A stretch of DNA of 64,000 nt from a bacterium (GTDB lineage Bacteria; Patescibacteriota; Saccharimonadia; Saccharimonadales; SZUA-47): NCBI GenBank assembly GCA_030428125.1, contig JAUIBF010000001.1:14102-78101 (forward strand). The letters are read 5' to 3'. A program made the position numbers and the translations under genes. A model generated the notes under the pieces. That model was not told the DNA's origin and searched no databases. It saw nothing but the letters and a program-made list of their open reading frames with translations. This document shows, in pieces, positions 8,516 through 17,354 of the stretch; position 1 is the first letter of the stretch; each line of letters starts with the position of its first letter.

Positions 8516-8676
8516 ATGACGAAGAGCAAAAAATATTAGCTGACGTACAAAAGGAAATGTCAGAAGAATTCTTCTGCGAAATGTGTGGTCATTATCCCTT
8601 GGTTCCGGTGCACGGGCATTTTGAATGTCCTGAATGTAGATATAAAACAAAATGTTGCGAAGGTGGCCCACTGTGA
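8512..8676 (+). CDS. Small 54-aa Zn-ribbon protein, missing from the ORF track
   Basis: MNDEEQKILADVQKEMSEEFFCEMCGHYPLVPVHGHFECPECRYKTKCCEGGPL*; ATGA/GTGA overlaps on both sides. Confidence 0.75.
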   Translation: MNDEEQKILADVQKEMSEEFFCEMCGHYPLVPVHGHFECPECRYKTKCCEGGPL

Positions 8677-9416
8677 GTGATTTAGGACTTCTGGTTTATG
8701 CCGTTGTAGCGTTCTTTATGTCGGTTTTAAGTGGAGCTACAGGTGGTGGTGGTGGATTTATCATGACCCCGTTGATGATTTTTCTAGGATTAACTCCTGC
8801 TGAAGCAGTCGCAAATGGCAAGTTCGGGGGTATTTCTGTGACTATAGGTTCGTTGGTTGGGTTAAAAGAGCATAAGGTATCCAACAGGAAGCTTGTAATA
8901 ATCCTGACAATTCTAGCCGTAATCGCAGGCCTGATAGCACCAAAAATAATAGTTTCTATTGACCCTGAGGCTTACGAGAACATCCTAGGAGTTATGTTAA
9001 TGGTTTTATCTCCATTTATCATTTATAAACAAATTGGCAAAAAGACTAAAGAAGTGAGCAGGGCAAAAACATATATAGGTTTGGTTTTGGTTCTCTCGAG
9101 TATGGTTTTAGTAGGAATTTTTAGTGGAGGATTAGGAATATTTATTAACATCGCAATGATGGGATTTCTGGGACTAAGTGCTTTGGATGCTTCTGTAACA
9201 AAAAGATTAGGACAGTTAGTTTTAAATTCAGTAATAATCTTGGGGTTAATTGGTTCGGGCTTGTTTATTTGGAAGGTAATCGTTGCAGGTATCCTGGCAA
9301 ATACTTCTGGTGGATATGTTGGTGGCAAGATTGCAATCAAAAAAGGTTCAGATTTTGTCAGTAAACTAATAGCAATCGCAGCCTTTCTTAGTGGGTTCGC
9401 ACTGGTGTTAATGTAG
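8673..9416 (+). CDS. TauE/SafE (TSUP) family membrane transporter
   Basis: SGATGGGGGFIMTP motif and about 8 TM segments; GTG start overlapping the upstream stop. Confidence 0.85.
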   Translation: MSDLGLLVYAVVAFFMSVLSGATGGGGGFIMTPLMIFLGLTPAEAVANGKFGGISVTIGSLVGLKEHKVSNRKLVIILTILAVIAGLIAPKIIVSIDPEAYENILGVMLMVLSPFIIYKQIGKKTKEVSRAKTYIGLVLVLSSMVLVGIFSGGLGIFINIAMMGFLGLSALDASVTKRLGQLVLNSVIILGLIGSGLFIWKVIVAGILANTSGGYVGGKIAIKKGSDFVSKLIAIAAFLSGFALVLM

Positions 9417-9995
9417 ATGAATAGAATAGGAATTTTTGCGGGAGCTTTTGATCCGATTCATGATGGTCATCTAGGAGTTGCAAGGTCTGCGCTAAAGTTT
9501 TTAGAACTAGAAAAATTGTACTTCATGGTTGAAAAATCACCATGGACCGAGAAGCGTCCGGTAGGAGTATCTCACAGGACTAAAATGGTAGAGTTAGCGA
9601 CTCAAGCTTTAGATAACATTAAGTTGTTTGATATTGATGACGACAGGTTTGATATTAATAAAACTTTGCCTAAATTAGAGAAAAAATTAAATGGCGCCGA
9701 ACTATATTTTATATTTGGGGCTGATGTCTTTATTCGTATGAATAAAGAACAATGGCCCGGCTTGGAAGGTCTGTTAAAGCACTATATAGTTGTATTTGAA
9801 CGTAGTGAAATAACTCAGAAAGAAATTACCGAACACGCCATAAGTCTAGGGATTGTAGTTGCAGTAATTCCTTCCGATTACCCACATCATAATTCCACAG
9901 ATGTAAGGCTGAAGCCTCACGAAAAGAGTATTTGGGTGCCCAAAAAAGTAGCCAAGTATATTGCTGATAACAATTTGTACAAGGTTATAGATTAA
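9417..9995 (+). CDS. nadD: Nicotinate-nucleotide adenylyltransferase-like
   Basis: GAFDPIHDGH (HxGH), FIFGAD, STDVR. Confidence 0.85.
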   Translation: MNRIGIFAGAFDPIHDGHLGVARSALKFLELEKLYFMVEKSPWTEKRPVGVSHRTKMVELATQALDNIKLFDIDDDRFDINKTLPKLEKKLNGAELYFIFGADVFIRMNKEQWPGLEGLLKHYIVVFERSEITQKEITEHAISLGIVVAVIPSDYPHHNSTDVRLKPHEKSIWVPKKVAKYIADNNLYKVID

Positions 9996-11685
9996 CAGAC
10001 TCGGTTTTAGAATAGTGAGTCTGTATGTAGTCTAGATGTTGCTTGCGGAATTTGTTAAACTCAGATTTCTTAAAGCCAGATTTCTTAATAAAGGCTCCGA
10101 TTTTTTCAGAACCGATATAGTGGGGAAGCATTGCATATCCAGCTCCAAGTTCGTATAATTCAGCTGCTTCAGCGACAGCATCTGCATGACAAATAACTAC
10201 ACAATGGGGGTTAACTGATTCTATAGTACGTAGTAAAAATTTATTAGTTTCAAAGTCTGTAACAACCGATACTACCAGCTTAGCTCCGTCAATTCCTGCC
10301 TCCTCCAAAAGTTCAATATCAGTCATATCACCGTACAAGTAGTTAATATTAGAGTTTTCTAGTATCTCAACAATTTCTGGGTCGTAGTCCACAACTGCGT
10401 ATGGTTTTTTAAGTGATTTAAAGACTTTTACAAACTCTAATCCACCTTTTTTATAACCAAACAGTAGCAGTTCATTATTTTGTTTTTTCTGGCGTTCATT
10501 CTTAGTTTTTTTGCGCTCAAATAAGGTCAGGTAGCGTTCAAAGACCAGATATAATTTCTCATCGTACAGAATCGCATAGGAACTAACAGCAATTGTAATT
10601 AGACCTACCATAGTCATTAGGGATAAAGTTTTGTCATCAATTTGCCCTAAATCGTTTGCCAGGAGGAGTAATACCAAAGAAAACTCACTTATTTGTGCAA
10701 CGGCTAGTGAAGTTTTAAAGCTGGTTTTTTTGGTGTAGCCAAGGACTCCCATAATCGCCATAACTATAATTGGGTTTCCTACTAAGACGAAAGCTGACAA
10801 TAATAATGCAATAGGAAGTACAGAAACTACGTTACTCAAGTCTAGTTGTGAGCCCAAAACAACAAAGAAGAGAATTATAAAGAAATCTCGCAAAGGCTTT
10901 AGCCTAGAGGCGGCCTCTTGAGCATACGGGAATGAAGCCAATGATACACCTGCAGCCAAGGCACCGACTTCAAGTGAAAATCCTGTTTCTTTAAAAATTG
11001 CTCCAACTCCAAGTCCCCACGCTATGGAAAATAAAAACAAAAGCTCTTGTGAGCCAGCGATAGTTTTGTTAATTAGTGGCAGGATCCTAGTGGCTGCTAT
11101 AAATAGTGCAGTAACAACCATAGTACCCTTTAGAAGAAGCTCTAATAGATCATTAGTGTCTAATCCACCACTTCCGTTGGCACTAACATAAAGCAGAGCA
11201 AAGGTTGCTACAATATCTTGAACGAGCAGGAACCCAGTAGCAATTTTTCCATGTAGTCTAGTTTGTTCTTTCTTGTCGCTGAGAAGCTTAAGGATGATAA
11301 TCGTGCTAGAAAATGCAAGAGCTATAGAGACGTAAAGAGTTCCGGTAGTAGATAAATCAGTTAATGCTGAAACTAATAAAAACCCGAAGAAAGTGGTAAA
11401 GGCAACTTGACCTACGCCTGTCAGCACAGCAACACGACCAACTTCTTTAATAATTTTTGGATTCAATCCTAAGCCTACGAGAAACAGAAGTAACGCAATA
11501 CCTATATCTGAAAATATGTGTAAGGTTTCACCGTCGGTAACTAGATTAAGTGCAGTTGGCCCAACAAGTAATCCGGTAAGGATGTATCCGATAATCAACG
11601 GCTGCTTCAATACACGCATCAAAAGCGAAATACCTGCTCCAATAGCAATTATTGCGCTGAGTTCTAAAAATATGTCGTGTTCCAT
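9985..11685 (-). CDS. CPA2 cation:proton antiporter with C-terminal TrkA-N/KTN domain (Kef-type)
   Basis: SSTIII, LLVQDIV and QISEFS motifs followed by a Rossmann-like KTN domain. Confidence 0.9.
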   Translation of the reverse strand: MEHDIFLELSAIIAIGAGISLLMRVLKQPLIIGYILTGLLVGPTALNLVTDGETLHIFSDIGIALLLFLVGLGLNPKIIKEVGRVAVLTGVGQVAFTTFFGFLLVSALTDLSTTGTLYVSIALAFSSTIIILKLLSDKKEQTRLHGKIATGFLLVQDIVATFALLYVSANGSGGLDTNDLLELLLKGTMVVTALFIAATRILPLINKTIAGSQELLFLFSIAWGLGVGAIFKETGFSLEVGALAAGVSLASFPYAQEAASRLKPLRDFFIILFFVVLGSQLDLSNVVSVLPIALLLSAFVLVGNPIIVMAIMGVLGYTKKTSFKTSLAVAQISEFSLVLLLLANDLGQIDDKTLSLMTMVGLITIAVSSYAILYDEKLYLVFERYLTLFERKKTKNERQKKQNNELLLFGYKKGGLEFVKVFKSLKKPYAVVDYDPEIVEILENSNINYLYGDMTDIELLEEAGIDGAKLVVSVVTDFETNKFLLRTIESVNPHCVVICHADAVAEAAELYELGAGYAMLPHYIGSEKIGAFIKKSGFKKSEFNKFRKQHLDYIQTHYSKTESVNL

Positions 11686-11914
11686 CTCTAAGATTTTTCC
11701 TTATGCGATAGCAAACTTATAGCCAAGCAGTTTGCTTGTTCTTGCGACAAATTGTATCTACTGATACTGAGCGAAGCAAAACAAGCAAAATTCTGGATAG
11801 AATTCGCTTGTAGCTGGGAATAATCTTTGAGTTGGTGCACAAGTTCCATGTTTGTTTTTAAACCGGTTTAACCCCTAAATTTTACCATTTTAGGATATTT
11901 AAGCACAAGAAGCA

Positions 11915-11943
11915 TTGACCATAATCGATGTCGTTGCTATTAT
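11915..11943 (+). promoter_or_regulatory. Sigma70 promoter with no downstream CDS
   Basis: TTGACC-N17-TATTAT with extended -10 TG. Confidence 0.65.
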
Positions 11944-11949
11944 TAATTT

Positions 11950-12189
11950 GATCTGTGGTTTGGTTCTGCGAGGCTCCAACAGAGACAAAAACATTACAAA
12001 ATAAAAATGCGAGAGAAAGGGTAGGTCTCTTTAATCGTGCCTATCAAAGTTAAATTTGTGCAATCAATAGCACAGGCTGTGTCTGTGAAGTCGAAGCGCG
12101 CAAAATGGCAACAGTACATCGAGTACTAAAGTACTACCAGAGGTGGTATAATAAAGCGAAAAGAGAGTCTCTGCGAGAGCTCTCTTTTT
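11950..12189 (+). ncRNA. Putative ~240-nt ncRNA of unknown family
   Basis: Bounded by the promoter and a terminator; no credible ORF; several short stems. Confidence 0.45.
12158..12189. terminator. Bidirectional terminator
   Basis: AAAAGAGAG-tctctgcgagag-CTCTCTTTTT. Confidence 0.8.
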
Positions 12190-12190
12190 G

Positions 12191-12910
12191 TTATTCTACT
12201 TCTTGATCTTCTGGTTTTGTAGCTTCTTCCGAGTGTTCACTGTGGTCTTCCTCGGTTATTTCAGAATCAGACTGTTCAGTGCTAGTGCCGTTTTTCTCAT
12301 CGATTTTATCTTGTATAAACTGTGAGAATCCTTCCACTGTGCTTAATGAGCTTGTGTCCTCAACTACTACTCCATCAACTGCAAATGTAGGAGTGCTGTT
12401 AGCGCCTAAGTCTTTTCCGGCATCTATGTCGGCATTGATTACTCCAAGTACTTCACTAGTATTTACCTCACTCGTGTATTGATCCATGTCTAATCCTATT
12501 TCTCGAGCATATTGTTCAAAGACGCTTGCAGGGTTTGAACTGCTTGACCATGATTGTTGTTCGCCATAAAGCCTGTCGTGCATTTCCCAGAACATACCTT
12601 GGTTGGCTGCTGCTTGTGCTGCACGGTGAGCTGGCATTGCATTTGGGTGAATTTGAACTAGAGGGAAGTGCTTAAACTCAAATCTAATCTGGTCTTTAAA
12701 TTCTTCTTTTACTTGACTGACAATCGAAAAAAATCCAGCACAAGCAGGGCATTGGAAGTCTCCGTACTCTGTTAAGGTTATTACACCCTCCTCTTGTCCA
12801 TAAAAATTGTTGGATTCAGCGCCGACGGCATTATCATCGCCACCACTTAGTAAAATTGCACCACCTATGATAGCCACCACAGCTAGTACAGTAATCAATA
12901 TTTGTTTCAT
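12191..12910 (-). CDS. DsbA-family thioredoxin-domain protein
   Basis: EYGDFQCPAC, KHFPL and STPTF motifs; N-terminal membrane anchor. Confidence 0.9.
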   Translation of the reverse strand: MKQILITVLAVVAIIGGAILLSGGDDNAVGAESNNFYGQEEGVITLTEYGDFQCPACAGFFSIVSQVKEEFKDQIRFEFKHFPLVQIHPNAMPAHRAAQAAANQGMFWEMHDRLYGEQQSWSSSSNPASVFEQYAREIGLDMDQYTSEVNTSEVLGVINADIDAGKDLGANSTPTFAVDGVVVEDTSSLSTVEGFSQFIQDKIDEKNGTSTEQSDSEITEEDHSEHSEEATKPEDQEVE

Positions 12911-12988
12911 AAAATAAAACTCCCTTAACTTTAATTATATTTTACCTTATCTAGGCAGTTAACTTCTGATATAATTTAGATTAAACTA

Positions 12989-14026
12989 ATGGGTACATTT
13001 TTCCTCTTTCTCGCAATCACGTTTCTATTGGCGTGTTCGGCCATGTTTTCCGGTCTAACTATTGGTATTTTATCGCTCAATCACTTCGAACTTAAACGCA
13101 AAGCTCAGCTAGGCAATAAAGCAGCCAAGATGGTGTATCCAATTCGAGCGCTTGGACATCAGTTGATGGTGACGTTACTAATTGGAAATGTGATAGTAAA
13201 CGCTGGAATTACAGCCCTTTTGGATCTAAGAGTAAATGGACTTTTTGCAGTTATTCTCACCACCATACTAGTGGTAATGTTTGGGGAGATTCTACCCATG
13301 GCTTATTTGCGTAAGTATGGTCTGGAAATTTCTGCGAAGCTAGCACCTGTTCTCAAATACTTAGTCCTTGCCCTTTCGCCAGTTGCAAAACCTTTGGGGA
13401 AGGCTTTAGACAGATGGCTAGGTGAAGAAGGCCCAACTGTTTATTCTAAAGAAGAGCTTTATAAAATTTTCGAAGAACATAAAGTGTCGCCAGAAAGCGA
13501 TATTGAAGATGATGAAGTGCAGATAGTGCGACACGCACTAAGCTTCGGCGATAAGCAGGTTAGAGAGGTAATGACACCTCGTAGAATGGTTGTGTCTGTT
13601 TCTTCCGAAGATGATGTAGGTCCAATATTGATTAACGAACTCCATGATTCAGGACACTCCAGATTCCCAGTATATAACGATAAAAAAGCACAAAACTTTA
13701 TCGGCACACTTTATTTGCATGATTTGATCGGATTAAAGGCTAGCGGGAAAGTAAAAGCTGCAATGAGGAGTGCTGTTTACTATGTTCACGAAGAAGAATC
13801 GCTGGATCATGCATTAAAAGTTTTCTTAAAAACAAATCATCATTTATTGATTGTTGTTAATACTTTCGAAGAGTTTGTCGGTGTCATTAGCATTGAAGAC
13901 GTTATTGAACAGGTTATCGGTAAGCAGATCCAAGACGAATTTGATCAGCATGCTGATTTAAGAGCTGTCGCAAAAAGCTTGGCCGAAAAAGAAGCACAGA
14001 AACGTGAATTAACAGATAAAAAGTGA
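12989..14026 (+). CDS. CNNM/DUF21 + CBS-pair protein (CorC/HlyC family)
   Basis: FSGL, TLLIGN, FGEILP, VMTPR, GHSRFPV, IEDVIE. Confidence 0.9.
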   Translation: MGTFFLFLAITFLLACSAMFSGLTIGILSLNHFELKRKAQLGNKAAKMVYPIRALGHQLMVTLLIGNVIVNAGITALLDLRVNGLFAVILTTILVVMFGEILPMAYLRKYGLEISAKLAPVLKYLVLALSPVAKPLGKALDRWLGEEGPTVYSKEELYKIFEEHKVSPESDIEDDEVQIVRHALSFGDKQVREVMTPRRMVVSVSSEDDVGPILINELHDSGHSRFPVYNDKKAQNFIGTLYLHDLIGLKASGKVKAAMRSAVYYVHEEESLDHALKVFLKTNHHLLIVVNTFEEFVGVISIEDVIEQVIGKQIQDEFDQHADLRAVAKSLAEKEAQKRELTDKK

Positions 14027-14039
14027 TATAGTAATCCTG

Positions 14040-14087
14040 ATGAGAAGATTGATTTACGCAAACGATAATAATCTACGGGTCAACTGA
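14040..14087 (+). promoter_or_regulatory. Putative Asn/Asp-rich leader peptide of aspS (MRRLIYANDNNLRVN*)
   Basis: 15-codon uORF just after an extended -10 (TGATATAGT), followed by GC-rich stems. Confidence 0.6.
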
Positions 14088-14167
14088 CTCTGCGTTTTTG
14101 GCGCGCGGGGATTACAGTAGAGGCCCGCTGAACCAGCCAAAATCAATCAAACTAGACTAAAGGAAAA

Positions 14168-15478
14168 ATGATGAAAAGAACTCTATCAAAAGATATAGCT
14201 AAGTGTGTGGGAAAAGAAGCGACAGTAAAAGGTTGGCTCCATAAAAAAAGGTTGCTCGGAGGCCTGACTTTTATAAATGTTCGAGATAGATCGGGTTTGG
14301 TGCAAGTTTTGATAGAAGACAAGGCCGAAGTTGAAAAGTTAAGAGGCATGCAAATAGGAACTGTTTTAGAAGTAACAGGTAAGGTCAAGGAAGAACAACG
14401 AGCTCCTGGTGGTGCAGAGATTTATGAGCCAAACATTACGGTAGTTGTTCCCGTAGATGATGAGCCCCCTGTAGAGATAGACAAGCCCCTTTCGCATAAA
14501 TCTGAACACTTAGACACCTTGCTTGAGCACAGAGGAATCGGCCTTCGTAACCTAAACGAGACTGCTATTTTTAAAGTTAGAAGCGATATAAACAAACATA
14601 TTCGTGAGTATTTGTGGCAACAGGAATTTATTGAAATACAAACCCCAAAACTTCTCGGTGCTCCAACCGAAGGAGGAGCCGAAGTATTTACTCTAGATTA
14701 TTTCGGTCAAGAAGCGAGTCTAGCGCAAAGCCCACAATTATACAAGCAGATGATGGTCGGTGTTTTCGAGCGTGTATACGAAATTGGGCCTACATTCAGA
14801 GCTGAGCTTAGCGCGACCACGCGTCATGTGTCTGAGGTTACTATGCTAGACATTGAAATGGGCTTCATAGAAAGCCATGATGATGTGTTGAACGTGATTC
14901 AAGGTATGGTGTACGACGTAGTCACTAAAATTCAGGATGAACATTCAGAAATATTCAAGAAACTCAACGTTGCTCCTACTAAACTGACAGAAAAATTTCC
15001 TAGGTTTACAGTTGATGAAATTCATGAACTGTACACTAAAGCAACTGGGACAGATACTACTCAAGAAAAAGACCTAATTCCTGATGAAGAACGTTGGATT
15101 TGTGAGTATTCTAAGAAGAAACATGGTTGCGAGGCCGTTTTTGCTACCAACTTCCCTAAAGAAGCAATGAAGTTTTACCACAAACTCAACGAAGACGGTA
15201 CGGTTATGTGGGCAGATCTACTGTTTAAAGGTCTAGAAATCGCTACTTGTCCTGTAAGAGAAAATAACCACGACAAATTAGTCCAACAGATGAAAGACGC
15301 TGGTATGGACATAGATAACCAAGGCTATAAATATTTCTTGCAAGCAATGAAGCATGGTTTGCCAGCGCATGGTGGATGTGGCTTCGGGATAGATCGTTTA
15401 GTGCAAAAACTTCTAAATCTTGGAAATGTCAAAGAGGCTATACTATTCCCACGAGACATAAACAGGCTCGCACCGTAA
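14168..15478 (+). CDS. aspS: Archaeal-type non-discriminating aspartate--tRNA(Asp/Asn) ligase
   Basis: OB fold; TEGGA..LAQSPQLYKQ, FRAE and HGGCGFGIDR motifs; 436 aa with no GAD insert. Confidence 0.9.
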   Translation: MMKRTLSKDIAKCVGKEATVKGWLHKKRLLGGLTFINVRDRSGLVQVLIEDKAEVEKLRGMQIGTVLEVTGKVKEEQRAPGGAEIYEPNITVVVPVDDEPPVEIDKPLSHKSEHLDTLLEHRGIGLRNLNETAIFKVRSDINKHIREYLWQQEFIEIQTPKLLGAPTEGGAEVFTLDYFGQEASLAQSPQLYKQMMVGVFERVYEIGPTFRAELSATTRHVSEVTMLDIEMGFIESHDDVLNVIQGMVYDVVTKIQDEHSEIFKKLNVAPTKLTEKFPRFTVDEIHELYTKATGTDTTQEKDLIPDEERWICEYSKKKHGCEAVFATNFPKEAMKFYHKLNEDGTVMWADLLFKGLEIATCPVRENNHDKLVQQMKDAGMDIDNQGYKYFLQAMKHGLPAHGGCGFGIDRLVQKLLNLGNVKEAILFPRDINRLAP

Positions 15479-15482
15479 AGTC

Positions 15483-16331
15483 ATGAGGTTTGGCGTCATA
15501 GCTGACTGTCAGTATGCCGACATAGAAGACTGGAATCCAGGGGAGTTCGATAGGCGATTTAGACTATCTCTCAAGAAACTACAGGAAGCAATAGACTTTT
15601 TTAATACACAGGAACTAGAGTTTATTGTTCATCTTGGTGATTTAATTGATCAAGGAATTGAAAACCTAGAACCTTTGAGGAAAATATTAGATTCATCGAA
15701 GCATAAAATTAATCATGTCTTGGGTAACCATGATTTCTATGTGACAGTCGACGCCGATCCCAGACGCAACAATCATCAGGCGCTTCTTGATTTCATGGGG
15801 ATGCCTGCAAAATACTATAGTTTCACATCAGGTAGCTTTAAGTTTGTGGTTCTCGATACTAATGAAGTAGGGACTATAGAGTGGGAGCCAGACTCAGAGG
15901 ATTATGAACGAGGACAGAGAGTCTTAAAAACAGAGCAAGAAAAGGGCTATATTTACGCCAAATCTTGGAACGGCGCACTAAGTAATGAGCAATTAAGCTG
16001 GCTTCAAAATGAAGTTAAAGAGGCTGACAAAAATAAACAAAAAGTGATTTTATTCGCTCACCACCAGCTTTTCCCAGAAAATAGAGAAAATATGCTAAAA
16101 AAAGAAGTCATACTAGAGTTACTAGACAAAAATCGCAACATAGTTGCATTTATGAATGGACACAATCACCATGGAGACTATGGAGTGTACAAGGACGTTC
16201 CTTGTACAACTTTTAAAGGAATGGTTGAGCAAGAGTCAAATGCCTATGCTGTCGCGGAAATAGTCGGTAGTAAGTTTAAAATTACCGGTTACGGTCGAGA
16301 AATTTCTAGAGATATAGAGCTTAGAGACTAG
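15483..16331 (+). CDS. Metallophosphoesterase, ADP-ribose/CDP-alcohol diphosphatase-like
   Basis: ADCQYAD, HLGDLID, LGNHD, GHNH. Confidence 0.8.
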   Translation: MRFGVIADCQYADIEDWNPGEFDRRFRLSLKKLQEAIDFFNTQELEFIVHLGDLIDQGIENLEPLRKILDSSKHKINHVLGNHDFYVTVDADPRRNNHQALLDFMGMPAKYYSFTSGSFKFVVLDTNEVGTIEWEPDSEDYERGQRVLKTEQEKGYIYAKSWNGALSNEQLSWLQNEVKEADKNKQKVILFAHHQLFPENRENMLKKEVILELLDKNRNIVAFMNGHNHHGDYGVYKDVPCTTFKGMVEQESNAYAVAEIVGSKFKITGYGREISRDIELRD

Positions 16332-17290
16332 GCTGCCCTATCTATTTCAGGTGCGCCGGGCGTACTTGCCCAGCCTCGCTTTACGAGCCTACGAATTATA
16401 AATCCACCGGGGTCTCTACGAAGAGTATCTCCTGCCAAATACGGATTACTTGGATTGTCATGGTGGTCTTTATGCCTCTTTTCACCCAATACAACTGCCT
16501 CGAAGCCCTCCAGGATGTTTGCTGCATATTCGCCCTTTTCGTCAGGTACGGGTTCTTCTTTACCGGCTAGTACTTTAAGTCTGTTTATCCAGCCTTTTTT
16601 CTGACCTGTGTGATTAACTGCATTTATATCTCCAGCCATTGCAAACATTGCTCCTACATGAGTTGCTGCTTCGGCTGCAGCAACCACAGGACCAAGGGTT
16701 GCTGTAATTCCTGCTGCTTTCATCACAATGCCAGCATATGGATACTTATTGCGGAAGGCTTCTGGGTCAGCTTCTTCTATGTCAACGTTTCTGAAATGAG
16801 CTGGCCAGTGTTGTCGATCTTCTAGTCCACTTTCTTGGTCGAAAGCGTGTAAATCAAGTAAGAAAGGCACAATAGTTTTCTTAGCTCTTCGGTGTAATCC
16901 AGGTGTGTTGAACAGAACTTTTTTGTAACCGTCTAACTTTACAGAGTAAGGGTCTCTAAACGCCTCTATTGGTGCTTCAGGGGCACCTTCAGGTCTTCTA
17001 TCATTCCATTCATTTAAAGCTTCCCAATTTTCTTGGTCAGGGTACGCGTGGTGTACTATATGGTCCGTCCAGTCGATAAAGGGCATACCTGTGAACGTCA
17101 AGTTGAGTCCATGCATTACTTTTTTAGTGCCTTCAGAGTATTCGACTCCACCGTGGGTTTTTCGGTGAAGCCAAGTGGTAATCATAACACCGGCTGCGTA
17201 GGCTGAAGCACCACCCAAAAGAATTCCTGCAGCAACGGGATGTCTCAAGCCTCTTGGGTTTAGTAGCTTTTCATAATTAACAGGTGGCAT
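16328..17290 (-). CDS. Membrane fatty-acid desaturase-like protein (delta-9 type)
   Basis: Three His boxes (HRKTH, HIVHH, GExxHKDHH) and DPYS. Confidence 0.75.
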   Translation of the reverse strand: MPPVNYEKLLNPRGLRHPVAAGILLGGASAYAAGVMITTWLHRKTHGGVEYSEGTKKVMHGLNLTFTGMPFIDWTDHIVHHAYPDQENWEALNEWNDRRPEGAPEAPIEAFRDPYSVKLDGYKKVLFNTPGLHRRAKKTIVPFLLDLHAFDQESGLEDRQHWPAHFRNVDIEEADPEAFRNKYPYAGIVMKAAGITATLGPVVAAAEAATHVGAMFAMAGDINAVNHTGQKKGWINRLKVLAGKEEPVPDEKGEYAANILEGFEAVVLGEKRHKDHHDNPSNPYLAGDTLRRDPGGFIIRRLVKRGWASTPGAPEIDRAA

Positions 17291-17354
17291 AAGAGTAAGT
17301 ATGACATATTAAGTCATGATAAATCAGCTAAAAAATGGTAAAATAAGCTTAAGC

